Below, in pieces: positions 1-11,122 of a DNA stretch of 64,000 nucleotides. The stretch covers positions 62,001 through 126,000 of the forward strand of contig CP145410.1 in assembly GCA_036867785.1 (NCBI GenBank). The letters are read 5' to 3'. Within the stretch, counting starts at the first letter, position 1. Every line of letters begins with the position of its first letter. This DNA is from Plasmodiophora brassicae (lineage: Eukaryota). The position numbers and the translations under genes were made by a program. Below the pieces are notes generated by a model, which was not told the DNA's origin, searched no databases, and saw only the letters and a list, made by a program, of their open reading frames with translations.

Positions 1-2318
1 TGGACGCCGCTGTTTCCCTCCGCACGGGCGATGACGGCTGTGACGTCACGTCATCGTTCTCGACTGCAGCTGACGCTTCTACCGGATTGTTAACAATGAG
101 AACCAGACCGCGATGATGTGCGATGGAACGAATTACCGGTCGCCGGAGCCTCCGCCTGGGCATCCGGACGAGGCTCCGACTCTGGAGACAGTTGCTCGAC
201 GGTCGGCGGGCCCGCGTCGGCTCGATTCGCACCTTCCCTTGATTCGTCCCCATCAATGCAGAGGTTCAGGAACGAAGACGATTTCCTAGTCATCGCATAG
301 ACGAGACGCGGGTTCCCCGAATACTGGTACTGGAGGACGTTGTTAAACGCCTCGATCAACAGCACTGAAGGCACGTTAGCGAGATGAAGCGCGTGTCGTC
401 GGTTGTCGACGTACGGAGGTACTGCGGCACTGACCGACTGGACCATAGGACGTCCGGCTTCGAGAAGTGCTCGAACAGGTCAACGAGGGCGCTGCTTGAT
501 GCCCACGACAAGTCGCGGACATACGGCGTGACATTCGTGATCGTCGTCAGCAGCATGTGATTGAGCGATTCGATTCGCATTGACCCAAACATGATCTCGC
601 AGCTGACGATGACAAGCAAGTCGGCGTAACTGCCGTTGAACATCGACAGGTTTCCGGGCGCTCCGAGCACAACTGGGCAGGAGCCACACGATGCGTTAAA
701 CGCCAGCGCAAACTCCCGATTGCTGCTCAACTTCAGCATCAGCATGGCACATGTGTGCACGATGCCGATCTGCGTCATATCGTGCTTGCTCCGGGACATG
801 ATGTAGAGCAGCGGCTGCAGCAAGGCGCTCGAATCGGCGCGCGTGACGACAAACTCGCGGAACGCCGGGCAGATGTCGATCAGCTTCCACAGCAGGATGA
901 ACACTTCTTGGTAGCAGTCGAACTCCTGGACGGATCGTGACAGGTAGGCCGTCGCGGCAGAGACAGCGTTGCCGAGCAGAGACGTCAGCGCCGAGTACAC
1001 GCGCGACAAATTCGACGGCAACCGCATTTGGGATAGCGACCCCAACAGGGGGTTCACTGGATCGTCGTCTGCCTCCAATCGCCGGTAGTCGAGAATGATT
1101 AGCAGAGCGTGCAGGGATGCGAGCACGAGCTCTTCCCGGGCGTCGAGTGCTGTCCCCCACGACATGAACGAGAACGTGCCAGACGCAGACGGCAGCGGTT
1201 CGGTGATCGTGTGCAATAGCGAACAGAGAAGCGTCTCGGCAAGCGTGTCGTCAACGGCAATCTTCAGAAGGGGGTTGAACTCGTGGGCGAACTGTTCTGA
1301 CGCGCGAAACAACCCCACAGCGCTGCATGCGATCAGGAGACGCAGCAGTTCGACCCTGTGCGCGTCGATCTGCGCCATGTCGCCGAATCCCCAGACGAGC
1401 TCCGCCGACACGTTCGGCAGCTCGAAATGGGTCGACGGGGCCGCGGGTTGGGCCTGGAGCGTGAAGCCGGGGACGAACAGGAGGTCGATCAGCACGCGCA
1501 TCAACCTCGGAGACGGCGCGTCAACGCGGTCGACTGACAACGTGACGCACGACGGCGAGGACGGCTCGCAGACGCCCTCGGCACTGCTGGTTGACGGATG
1601 CACAGGCGATGTTTGCTCACGCGACGACGCCTGTTCCTTGACGTCAACGGCATCGGCGTTCCCGGATGAGGGGATGACGGAATCCGCAACGTCGCCCTTG
1701 GGAGCGCCGTCATGATCGTCCAGCGCGTATGGGTGCTCGGAGAGCGAACCCGATACGGCCGGCTGCACCTTTCGAGGATGGTCGGCATCCTTGTTGTCTT
1801 GCACTACACGAAAAGCGACTACACGTCGTCAATGGAGACATTGCACACACGGGTTGGTTCACAGCGCTGCACCCACCGCGTGGCAGAACGCCTTGCGCCA
1901 TGAAGCCGCGATTGAATTCGTCATCAGCGTCCTCCAGCGTGACGGGAAGGATTCTAGTCAGCAGTCGTACAATGTGAAGAATATCGTCCGGCTCGGCTGC
2001 GATTCGATCATGGGCTTTCAGCGCATCCTCAAGTTTGACGAGCGACCTGCGTTCGGAACGTCATCGACGAGACCCCGATGACCGATGCGCTCGCGATTAC
2101 AGGTGAACCATGGCGGCCAGGTTGTACGGCTGCTTCTCCTTGATCGTTCTCAGGCAGATGACGTTGCACGCGGGCAGCAGATGCGCCCATGCTTTCGCCC
2201 AGGACGCCTCGTCGTCGATCGCGATAGGCGTCGACATCAGGCGGGACATCCATACGGACGCGTGCGATTCCGGGTCGACCTCGGTGGTCCCATCCGCCAC
2301 ACTCGACGCATTGCCCAT
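1..2318 (-). CDS. HID1: HID1/dymeclin-family Golgi protein, multi-exon, 3' end runs off the window start
   Basis: ATG at 2318 gives MGNASS, a myristoylation-type N-terminus. Exon ORF 356-1804 has HID1-like segments QEVFILLWKL, GIVHTCAMLMLKLSSNREF and FNGSYADLL; the next exon has EAFNNVLQYQYSGNPRLVY. Confidence 0.8.
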
Positions 2319-2993
2319 TGCGTCACGACTGAGGACAGCCGCCTGAGGTGAGTCTGACGCTGCTTGGAGCAAAAAAGCGAGCGGTGCACTCGGCGGGGCG
2401 ACCCAAAAATATCGGTGGGTCAGGCCATGACTGGGTTCGGGGCGGCGTTCGTCACCGCGGGTCGTTTGTTCCGACAGTGTTACCTATCGTCGAGCGACCA
2501 GACAAGCGAATCCATGAGGAAACCATTATACGCTCTGCCTGCTGGTGGCCTGTTAATAACATCGATGACCTTGTTCTGAGCTGCTGTTTCGACGATAGTG
2601 GCCCATGGTGTTGCAAAAAAGGGTGTGGTTTTCATCCCGGAAATTACGGTAGGTCTTGGTATCTCGGGAATTGGCACAACTTGCGATATCTGAGACACGG
2701 TCCCGCATTCGAGACCTTTCGCCAAGCATCGCGTCCCGTTGGATCGAGGAACGAATGCGACCGGCGTTGTCTTGACGATGTGCGCAACCGGGCACGCCGC
2801 TGCTACTCGGCCGACTGGGTGGCCTGTCGCATGGTCTCGTCGTCGCAGGCAGTCGGGGACAATTGACCGGCGATACCGGCCGTCAACGCGAACCTACATA
2901 CTAAAAGCGTTCGGGCACTGTCCGAGCTCCCGTATGATCGCATTGTCAGCGACCGCTGACTTCTATGCAACCGGTATTTATATAACAGTGCCC

Positions 2994-3023
2994 ATCAGCA
3001 GCAGCAGCAGCAGAAGCAGCAGC
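2994..3023. repeat. (CAG)n microsatellite, ~9 units with one interruption
   Basis: cagcagcagcagcagcagcagaagcagcagc immediately past the stop codon of the dioxygenase gene. Confidence 0.9.
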
Positions 3024-3024
3024 G

Positions 3025-4065
3025 TCATTCCAGGCCGAGGTCCCTGGCCGTGGGCACATCGTTCTCGGTGATGCGGCTGCCGGCTGTGTCCTGGACGGCC
3101 CACCCCCATGCGATGATCGAGATGCGGCCGCCGTCGGCCGGCGCCGCCAGCGGGATGACGCCGTGCTTCCACTCGCAGTTGACGTCCCGGGAGAACGTGT
3201 ACGCGCTGCCGTTCGGCGCCGCCATGAACACGGTCGTCCCCGTTCGGGCGTGCTCGAACCCGACTTCGCGGGTCGTGGGCCCCAGCGAACACGCGACGGT
3301 CAGGTTCTGCGGGCAGTCGGGCGTGAACGCCGCCCGATCGTGATGGAACGGCTTCCAGTCGTTGGTCCCCTCGCGGTACCAGTTCAGTCGTGTCGCCGCG
3401 ATCGTCATCCCGAAATACGTTTCGATGCGTTTCAGAACGCGCTGGAACATCCTGCTGTTCGTCTTCCAGGCGCCTCGCTGCGCGCGATCGTTGGCGATCA
3501 CGTGCGAATCGCCGTGCCACAGCTGGAAGATGTCCTCGCCGCCCGACGACGCTTCCAGCTCGGCCAGCATGTCGCGGTACAGCGCATAGTCGTGCTCGGC
3601 GCAGAACAGCTCCGGGACGAACAGGACGTCGTGGACAGTGAGGGGTGGGGCGCAATCGTCAGGCCCCGATCTCCCGAACACGATTCGGATGTCGGGTTTC
3701 GCCAGGCTCGGAGTGAAATTCGTCGTATTCTTCGGGCGTCGCCCCGAGGACCGCCGACGATCGCGATCATGACGACGGTCGACGACAGGGGACTTCATGT
3801 CCCGTGACGTCCGATCGTCGGCTTCCCGAGAAGGCCCCGAGGTTCGCTTATCGACCGGGCCATCATCCGTGGGCGATTCCCAGGATCGTGGCGGCGGCGG
3901 CGGCGGGGGTGCCGGTGCTGCATTGACCGGACTGGGACCGCGCCCCGGGCGGCTGACGACGAGCGGCGGATGATCTGATGTCGTATAGCGCGGGCGGGAC
4001 GAACGCTCGTCAGCACCCAGCGACAGCGATCGAAGGCCATCGGCCAGATCGTCCCCGCCCGCCAT
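3025..4065 (-). CDS. AlkB-like 2OG-Fe(II) dioxygenase, intronless
   Basis: RLNWY...KPFHHD (HxD), SLGPTTREVGF, WKHGV and RISI motifs; low-complexity N-terminus. Confidence 0.8.
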   Translation of the reverse strand: MAGGDDLADGLRSLSLGADERSSRPRYTTSDHPPLVVSRPGRGPSPVNAAPAPPPPPPPRSWESPTDDGPVDKRTSGPSREADDRTSRDMKSPVVDRRHDRDRRRSSGRRPKNTTNFTPSLAKPDIRIVFGRSGPDDCAPPLTVHDVLFVPELFCAEHDYALYRDMLAELEASSGGEDIFQLWHGDSHVIANDRAQRGAWKTNSRMFQRVLKRIETYFGMTIAATRLNWYREGTNDWKPFHHDRAAFTPDCPQNLTVACSLGPTTREVGFEHARTGTTVFMAAPNGSAYTFSRDVNCEWKHGVIPLAAPADGGRISIIAWGWAVQDTAGSRITENDVPTARDLGLE

Positions 4066-4301
4066 CGACAACCGCCGCCCCGGCGCGCAGTTTCCTTCCG
4101 GACACTGTGTATTAAGTTTATCATACAGTCGATGTCCTGCAAAACCGATGGCAACAGCTACCTATTACGTAATCGGCGCAAGTAACCCACTGTCGCTCGC
4201 TGACGACGACTCACGAGGCGCCCCACGGCGGGGCAGCACGGCCGGGGGCGCCATTTTTGGGGTTGGGGGCCGTGCCGTGTGTAGTAGTGGCCGTCGTATC
4301 C

Positions 4302-7300
4302 ATGGGTGAGCAAGACGCCGGGCAGACGACACGATGGCCAGGGGCGGCGTGGCTACGCCGAGAGATGCAGCGTCGCATCGTGGTGATCGACGGCGCCATG
4401 GGCACCATGATCCAGCGCGAGACACTGGACGAGGACGATTTCCGGGGCGAGGCGCTGAAAGGCCATCCGCAGTCGATGCCGCTCAAGGGCAACAACGACA
4501 TCCTGGCCATCACGCAGCCGCATATCATCGAGCGGATCCACTACGAATATCTTGCTGCCGGCGCCGACGTTGTCGAAACGAACACGTTCAGTGGAACGCG
4601 GGTCGCCCAGGCCGATTACGGCTGCCAGGTTCGTCTGAGTCGCGGGCTGGATGAGGCGCCGCTGAACGGGGGGATTTAGGGGATGATCCACGAGCTGAAC
4701 GTCTGTGCGGCCAAATGTGCCAGACGAGCCTGCGATCGGATCATGAAGGAGCACCCGGATCGTCGATGTCTAGGTACTCTCCCCGTCTCTCGAACTATCG
4801 TATGTGGGATGCCGACTGTTTCGCCCTTGCAGTCGCCGGTGCTCTTGGCCCCACCAACAAGACGCTGACGATATCGCCATCGGTGGAAGACGCATCCGCT
4901 CGGGGCATTACGTTCGACGAGCTTGCGGACGCCTATGCCGAACAGGCATCCGCGTTGATCGAGGGTGGTGTCGATTTCATCCTCATCGAAACCATATTCG
5001 ACACACTGAATGCGAAAGCGGCCATCTACGCCGTGTCCAAGCTGCCTGATCAAGTGCCGATCGCGATCTCCGGCACGATTGTCGACATGAGCGGAAGAAC
5101 GCTTAGTGGCCAGACCGTCGAGGCCATGTACGTTTCGCTGCGGCACAGCGCGCCGCTGTTTATCGGCCTCAATTGCGCACTGGGGGCGGAACAGATGATG
5201 CCTTTCCTGCAAAGGATTGCCAACATCGCGGAATGCCCAGTGATTGCATACCCCAATGTACGGAGCTATTCCAGCATGAGATACGCTGTCGCTAACGGAT
5301 CGCTGCACACAGGCCGGTCTTCCTAACGCGATGGGTGGCTACGACCAAACGCCGGACGAGATGTCGGCACTCATAGCGACGTTTGCTAAGCTCCGACTTG
5401 TCAACGTCGTGGGAGGGTGCTGTGGGTCAACCCCTCCTCATATTGCTGCAATTGCGAAAGTCGTCGCTGGACTGGCGCCTAGAGTCCCCGTTGAAGTGTA
5501 CCAGTATTCGTGAACACGTGCACTCTTGAAACATCTGATTGTCTACTTTCCTGATTAGGGTGAGCCATACGCGGCTGAGTGGTCTGGAGGCCCTCGAACT
5601 CACGCCCTCCCTTGGCTTCGTCAATATCGGGGAGCGATGCAATGTCAGCGGGTCTAGGGCGTTTAAACGGCTCGTTTGCGACAACAAATACGACCAAGCT
5701 CTCGCGGTCGCCCGAAAGCAGGTTCGACCTGCTTCTTCAGATGCCGTTATAGTGCTGTCGCTTACGCTTTGCCGGCTAACCAGGTTGAAGACGGTGCACA
5801 AGTTATCGATGTGAACCTTGATGAGGGCCTGATCGATGGCGTTGCGGCCATGACAAAGTTCTTGAGGTTAAGGCTGGCGGGCCATTTTCCGATGACGAAA
5901 CCTCACTCGTGTTTGTAGGCTGCTCGCCAATGAGCCCGACGTTGCGCGTGTACCCATCATGATCGATTCGTAACCGATACTGTCTCTTGGTAAGCTGCTG
6001 GCTGTTTATTCGAAAACGCAGGTCCAAATTCGAGGTGGTTCGAGCTGGGCTGTGTCAGATTCAGGGCAAGTGCATCGTCAATTCGATCAGCCTGAAGGTC
6101 TCAGTTGCGAACGTCGTGCCGGACGACATGGCTAAATCGTTGTTTCTCTGCAGGTTGGCGAGAAGGAATTCCTCGAGCAGGCCCTGGAAGTGAAACGTTT
6201 CGGTGCAGCCGTAGTGATCATGGCGTTCGACGAAGACGGCCAGGCTGCAACCCGAGATGAGAAGGCATGCTCCTATATGTCTCGCGTGGCCAGCCCAACT
6301 CAGTGGGGGCCTGTAGGTTCGCATCTGCAAGCGTGCCTACGATCTTCTGCGATCCGCCATTGATTTCCCCGCCTGTGACATCATCTTTGATCCTAACATC
6401 CTAACTATTGCGACAGGCATGTCCGAGGTACGTTGTCGTTGTCGGTACGTCTGCCTGCACCGAGGCACGCTAATCGTTCGTTGCCGTAGCACAACACGTA
6501 CGCACTGGAGTTTCTCGAAGCCATCCCTCTCATCAAGTCATCCTGCCCCGGATGCAAGATTAGTGGTGGCTTGTCGAACCTGTCGTTTTCGTTTCGCGGT
6601 CTCGAAGTGATCCGCGAGGCCATGCACAGCGCGTTCCTGTATCATGCCGTCGCCAATCGAGCGAATAACGGCTTGTTCCCGATGGACATGGCGATCGTAA
6701 ACGCCGGGGCACTGCCCGTTTACGATGACATACCACCCGACCTTCTCAAGCTCGTGGAAGACGCGATCTTTAATCGCGATGAAGGAGCAACTGAGAGGCT
6801 GCTCGAGAGAGCCGAACTTGAACGAAGCCGGGTCAGCAAGAAAACGGCCGGCGAGTCGTCTGCTGCCGACGCGTGGCGAAACCTGGGCGTCGCGGCCCGC
6901 CTTGAGTACGCTCTCGTCAAGGGCATCGTCGACCATATCGATGAAGATGTTGAGGAATACCGAGTTGCCGTTGGGCGTTCTCTGCAAGTTATTGAAGGAC
7001 CGCTCATGGCTGGCATGGGCAAAGTCGGCGAACTGTTTGGAGCCGGTACGCCGCAGCCGTCCACTCGCTCGTGGCGGCACGTTCACTGATGATTCGTCGT
7101 GTTGCCAACAGGGAAAATGTTTCTCCCTCAGGTATTTGCAAAGGATGGGGGTGGTCTCGTTGCTGTGGTGTTGAGTTTCGCCTCCTGTCCTGCAGGTCAT
7201 CAAGTCCGCTCGGGTGATGAAGAAGGCGGTCGCCTACCTGCTGCCCTTCTTCGAACTGGAAAAGAAGGAGCGCGACGCTTCTGGGACTGGCGAACCCGAC

Positions 7301-9317
7301 GAGGAAGATTCGGGCCCGGGCACCGTTGTCATGGCAACGGTTAAGGGCGATGTCCATGACATCGGCAAGAATATCGTCTCCGTTGTCCTCGGGTGTAACA
7401 ACTACAAAGTCATTGACCTTGGAGTAATGTGCCCATGTGAGAAAATCCTGTAAGCGCCACCGACTGCCCTGCTGGCTTATGTGATTTTCAAATGTGGCTC
7501 CCAGCGACACTGCCCTTGAGGCGAAAGCCGACGCGATAGGCCTGTCGGGCCTCATCACGCCATCCCTGGACGAGATGGTGTACGTGGCGAAAGAAATGAC
7601 GAGGCGAGGCATTAAGATTCCCCTCCTGATTGGGTATGTGTTCCCCGCCGAATGGCCAGCCGGGCCGGTGTCCTCATCATCACTGTTCGTCCTATCTACG
7701 TAGGGGGGCGACGACCTCGAAAATGCACACAGCTGTTAAAATCAGCCCCCGGTACGACGGCACGACTGTTCACGTTCTTGACGCCAGCAAAGCTGTTGTC
7801 GTCCTCTCGGCTCTACTCGACAAGGCGAAAGCCGATGATTTCGTTGAAGAGATCCGCGAAGAGTAACGCACGAGGAACGGTGTGCTGTCAGGCACTGAAC
7901 GGCCGGGTTGTGCATCCAGGTACGGCGAGATTCGCGAGGATTACCTCGCGTCGCAAACCGACCAGCGCCTGGTTTCCCTCGAGGTCGCCAGGAGTCGTCG
8001 CTTCAATCTCGACCTGACTGTGTCACCAACGAAGCCCTCCTTCATTGGCACCAGTCGGCTCGTTGGTCTGCTACGGTCTCGTACGTCGATGTCACTCACG
8101 GTGCCACAGGGGTTGTCGAGCCCGAGCTAAGCGAACTGGTCCCCTTCATCGACTGGACGCCGTTCTTCCAGGTCGGGGGGCGCCGTGTCCCGCTGCGAAA
8201 CCCTTTCTGAAGTGACGCTTCAACAGGTCTGGATGCTTCGTGGACGGTACCCGTATCGCGGGTACCCTCAGCTGTTCGACGATCCGACGATTGGCGAGCA
8301 AGCTCGCGAGTTGTTTGCGGATGCGCAGACCGTCCTGGAGGAGATCATCCGGGATCGCAGCCTCACCGCACGCGGGATCGTTGGTACCGATATGCCCACC
8401 TGCTGTGCATCGTCGACATTGCGCCCCTGACGACCGCATTGCTGCTGGGTAGGCCTGTTCCCCTGTCAGCGCGACGGCGACGACATCATTGTGTATCGCG
8501 ACGAGAAACGAGACCCCGCCGACGCTGAGCGTTTCTGCACGCTGCGGCAGCAGGTCCAGAAGGCCGATAACGGTAGGCCATATCGCCGCGCTCTCGTTCG
8601 CTTGTGCCTGAACCTGCCCCCTGCCGCCGTCAGACGAGCCGTACATGGCCCTGGCCGACTTCGTCGCCCCCGCTGACGACTACATCGGCATGTTCGCCGT
8701 CTCCGCTGGCTTCGGTGTCGACCAGCTCGTGTCGGCGGCGCTGGCGGACCACGACGATTTCCGATCCATCATGGTCAAGGTGACTCGTCGACCCTCGATC
8801 GATCGGCCATGATCGTGCATCCGCTGATCAGCGCGCGCGCGCACGCGTACAGGCCATCGCGGACCGCCTGGCCGAGGCCATGGCCGAATGGGTCCACCTG
8901 CGCGTCCGCCGCGAGTTCTGGGGCTACGCCGCCGGCGAGCGCCTCGACAACGACGACCTGCTGAAGGTCGAGTACGCGGGCATCCGCCCCGCTCCCGGGT
9001 ACCCGTCGCAGCCCGACCACTCCGAGAAACGCGTCATGTGGCGGCTGCTGGACGCCGACGCCCAGACGGGCATCCAGCTGACGCCGTCGCTCGCCATGGC
9101 GCCTGCCGCGTCCGTCTCCGCGCTGTGCTTCGCGCATCCCCAGTCGGCGTACTTCGCCGTCGGCAAGATCGACAGGGACCAGGTCGCCTCGTACGCCGAC
9201 CGCAAGCGCCTGGACGTGGCCGCCGTCGAGAAGAGGTACGTCTGCGCGCCAACACACACGTGCACCTGACTGACGCGTCCTGCCAGCCTGTCGTCCATCC
9301 TCGCCTACGATCCCTAA
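4302..9317 (+). CDS. metH: Cobalamin-dependent methionine synthase (MetH/MTR), ~21 introns
   Basis: [36 protein letters not shown], the B12-binding [15 protein letters not shown] and the activation-domain [14 protein letters not shown] motifs. Exons join through GT-AG introns plus one GC-AG intron and end LSSILAYDP*. Confidence 0.95.
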
Positions 9318-9351
9318 AATCATCGCCTGCGTGTTGCCCCGTTAACCGCGT

Positions 9352-10891
9352 TCACCAGTCGCGTTTCGCCTGCCTCGGCGACGCCTTGGACCATGGGATC
9401 ATCGCAGGGCCTGCCGGTCGTTCTTGTTGCTGGCGCCGGTCGCCGACCTGGGCGGCCAGGTCGGCGAACTGGGCCTGCAGGCGCACCAGCTCCCGGAAGA
9501 ACATGCGGGTCTCGGCCTGCAGGTCGGTGACCCGGGCCATGAACGGCTGCTGCAACGTGGCCAGGTCGGCGCGGTTCGCCCGGGCGGTGCGCTCGGCGAC
9601 GTCGACGCCGCGCAGGATGTCGTCCTGCCAGCGCGCCATCTGCCGGGCCTGCTCCGCCCCCGTCTGCGTCAGGCGCGCCAGGTTGTCCTCGGCGGCCGCC
9701 AGGTGCGCCTGGAGCGACGAGCGCAGCGTGCCGGCCTCGACGCCGAGCGCGTCCAGGTCGCGCCGGGCGCTGCCGAGCAGACGGGCGGCGTCGGCGTCCA
9801 GGGCGCGCCGCGCCTGCGCCTGCTCGTCCATGAAGGCGACGGCGGCGGCCATGCGCGCCGACATGTCCAGGACGCGCGGCAGCATCTCCTCGTAGACGTT
9901 GCGCTGCTGTTCGCTCCTGGACCGGTCGACCTGCGCCTCCACCCTGTGCAGGAGCGCCCGGCTGGCCTCGATCGACCGCGTCGCCTGGCGCAGGGCGTCG
10001 GGCATGCCGGCGCTGACCGACGCCAGCACGTTGAACTTGCGCTCCAGGTCGTCGCAGACCGCGCCGAACCGGGCGATCCGCTCGTGCAGGTCGGTGACCT
10101 TCCTCGACTCCTTCCTCGTCGTCTTGGACGCCGCCAGCGCCGCCGCCGCGCTGTCGGACCGCCTGTGCGACCCGGCGACGACGACGCTGCCGCCCAGCTG
10201 GCACTCGGCGAGCGCGTCCTCCACGATCGTCAGCCGCTCGCCGATCGTGTCGATCTGCGCCAGGTCGGTGCCGTCGACGATGCCGGCGCTGGCCGCCGCC
10301 GGGGACAGGGCGGCGGCCGCCTGGCACCGGTGAGGGTCAGCAGACGGTCGAGCGGGCGGGCGGGCGCGCGCGTGTGTGTACCAGGTCGATGGTCGTCGTC
10401 CCGGCGGACGCGTGCAGGCGCAGGAACGCGCTGATCCGGTCGACCTCGGCGCTCAGCTGCGCCATGTCGCTCGACGAGGCCTTCCTGTCGAGGGCGGCGC
10501 CGACCTCTGCCACACCGGGAAACGGTCACGACGGCGTGCGCCGCACGGCTGGGCCGTTACGGTACCCTGTCGGGTGGCCTTGCCGTTGACGACGGCCAGC
10601 AGGTCGGCGCGGACGCGCTCGATCTTGTCCTTGACCTGGGCGGGCGTCGTCATGGCCGCCAGGCGCGCCTCGGCCTGCTCCTTCGTCATGCGCTGCGCGA
10701 TGGCCCGCTTCATGTCCATCATGTCGCCCTCCTGTGTAGGTCTGTGTGCTCAGCGTATACCGCGCGTCGTTTGGGGCGGCGGGGCACGACCGCCCCACCT
10801 GTCTGGCAATGTCCTTCTGCAGGTTCAGGATGACGACCCGCAGCTCGGCCAGGCGCTGCTTCAGCACGGCCGGGTCGTCCGACGCGCTCAT
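9352..10891 (-). CDS. Uncharacterised coiled-coil protein, multi-exon
   Basis: Start MSASDDPAVLKQRLAELRVVILNLQKDIARQ; heptad-rich exons at ~10453-10722 and 9352-10224; strong GC3 bias. Confidence 0.65.
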
Positions 10892-10988
10892 CGTCGGGCG
10901 GATCGCCAGATTCAAGACGACCGTCCCGGGAGCGCGCCGCCCACCAGCGCTGATATCTTCCTGACCGGTGCCAAGGTGGGCTGTCTGC

Positions 10989-11012
10989 CCACACACACAC
11001 ACACACACACAC
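10989..11012. repeat. (CA)n microsatellite
   Basis: About 11 CA units in the intergenic spacer. Confidence 0.9.
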
Positions 11013-11122
11013 AAACCAGCAATGAGGCGAGTACGAGCGAGACAGACAATTTGGTTCGGATGAACGGCCATGTTAAATAATGCAGGACAGGGGGAAGGCA
11101 CGCGTGTGCACAGTGGTTGTGC

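Noticed and set aside
4302-9317. Pseudogene or frameshifted bacterial metH
   Set aside because: Every frame break coincides with a short spliceosomal intron whose removal restores the conserved sequence.
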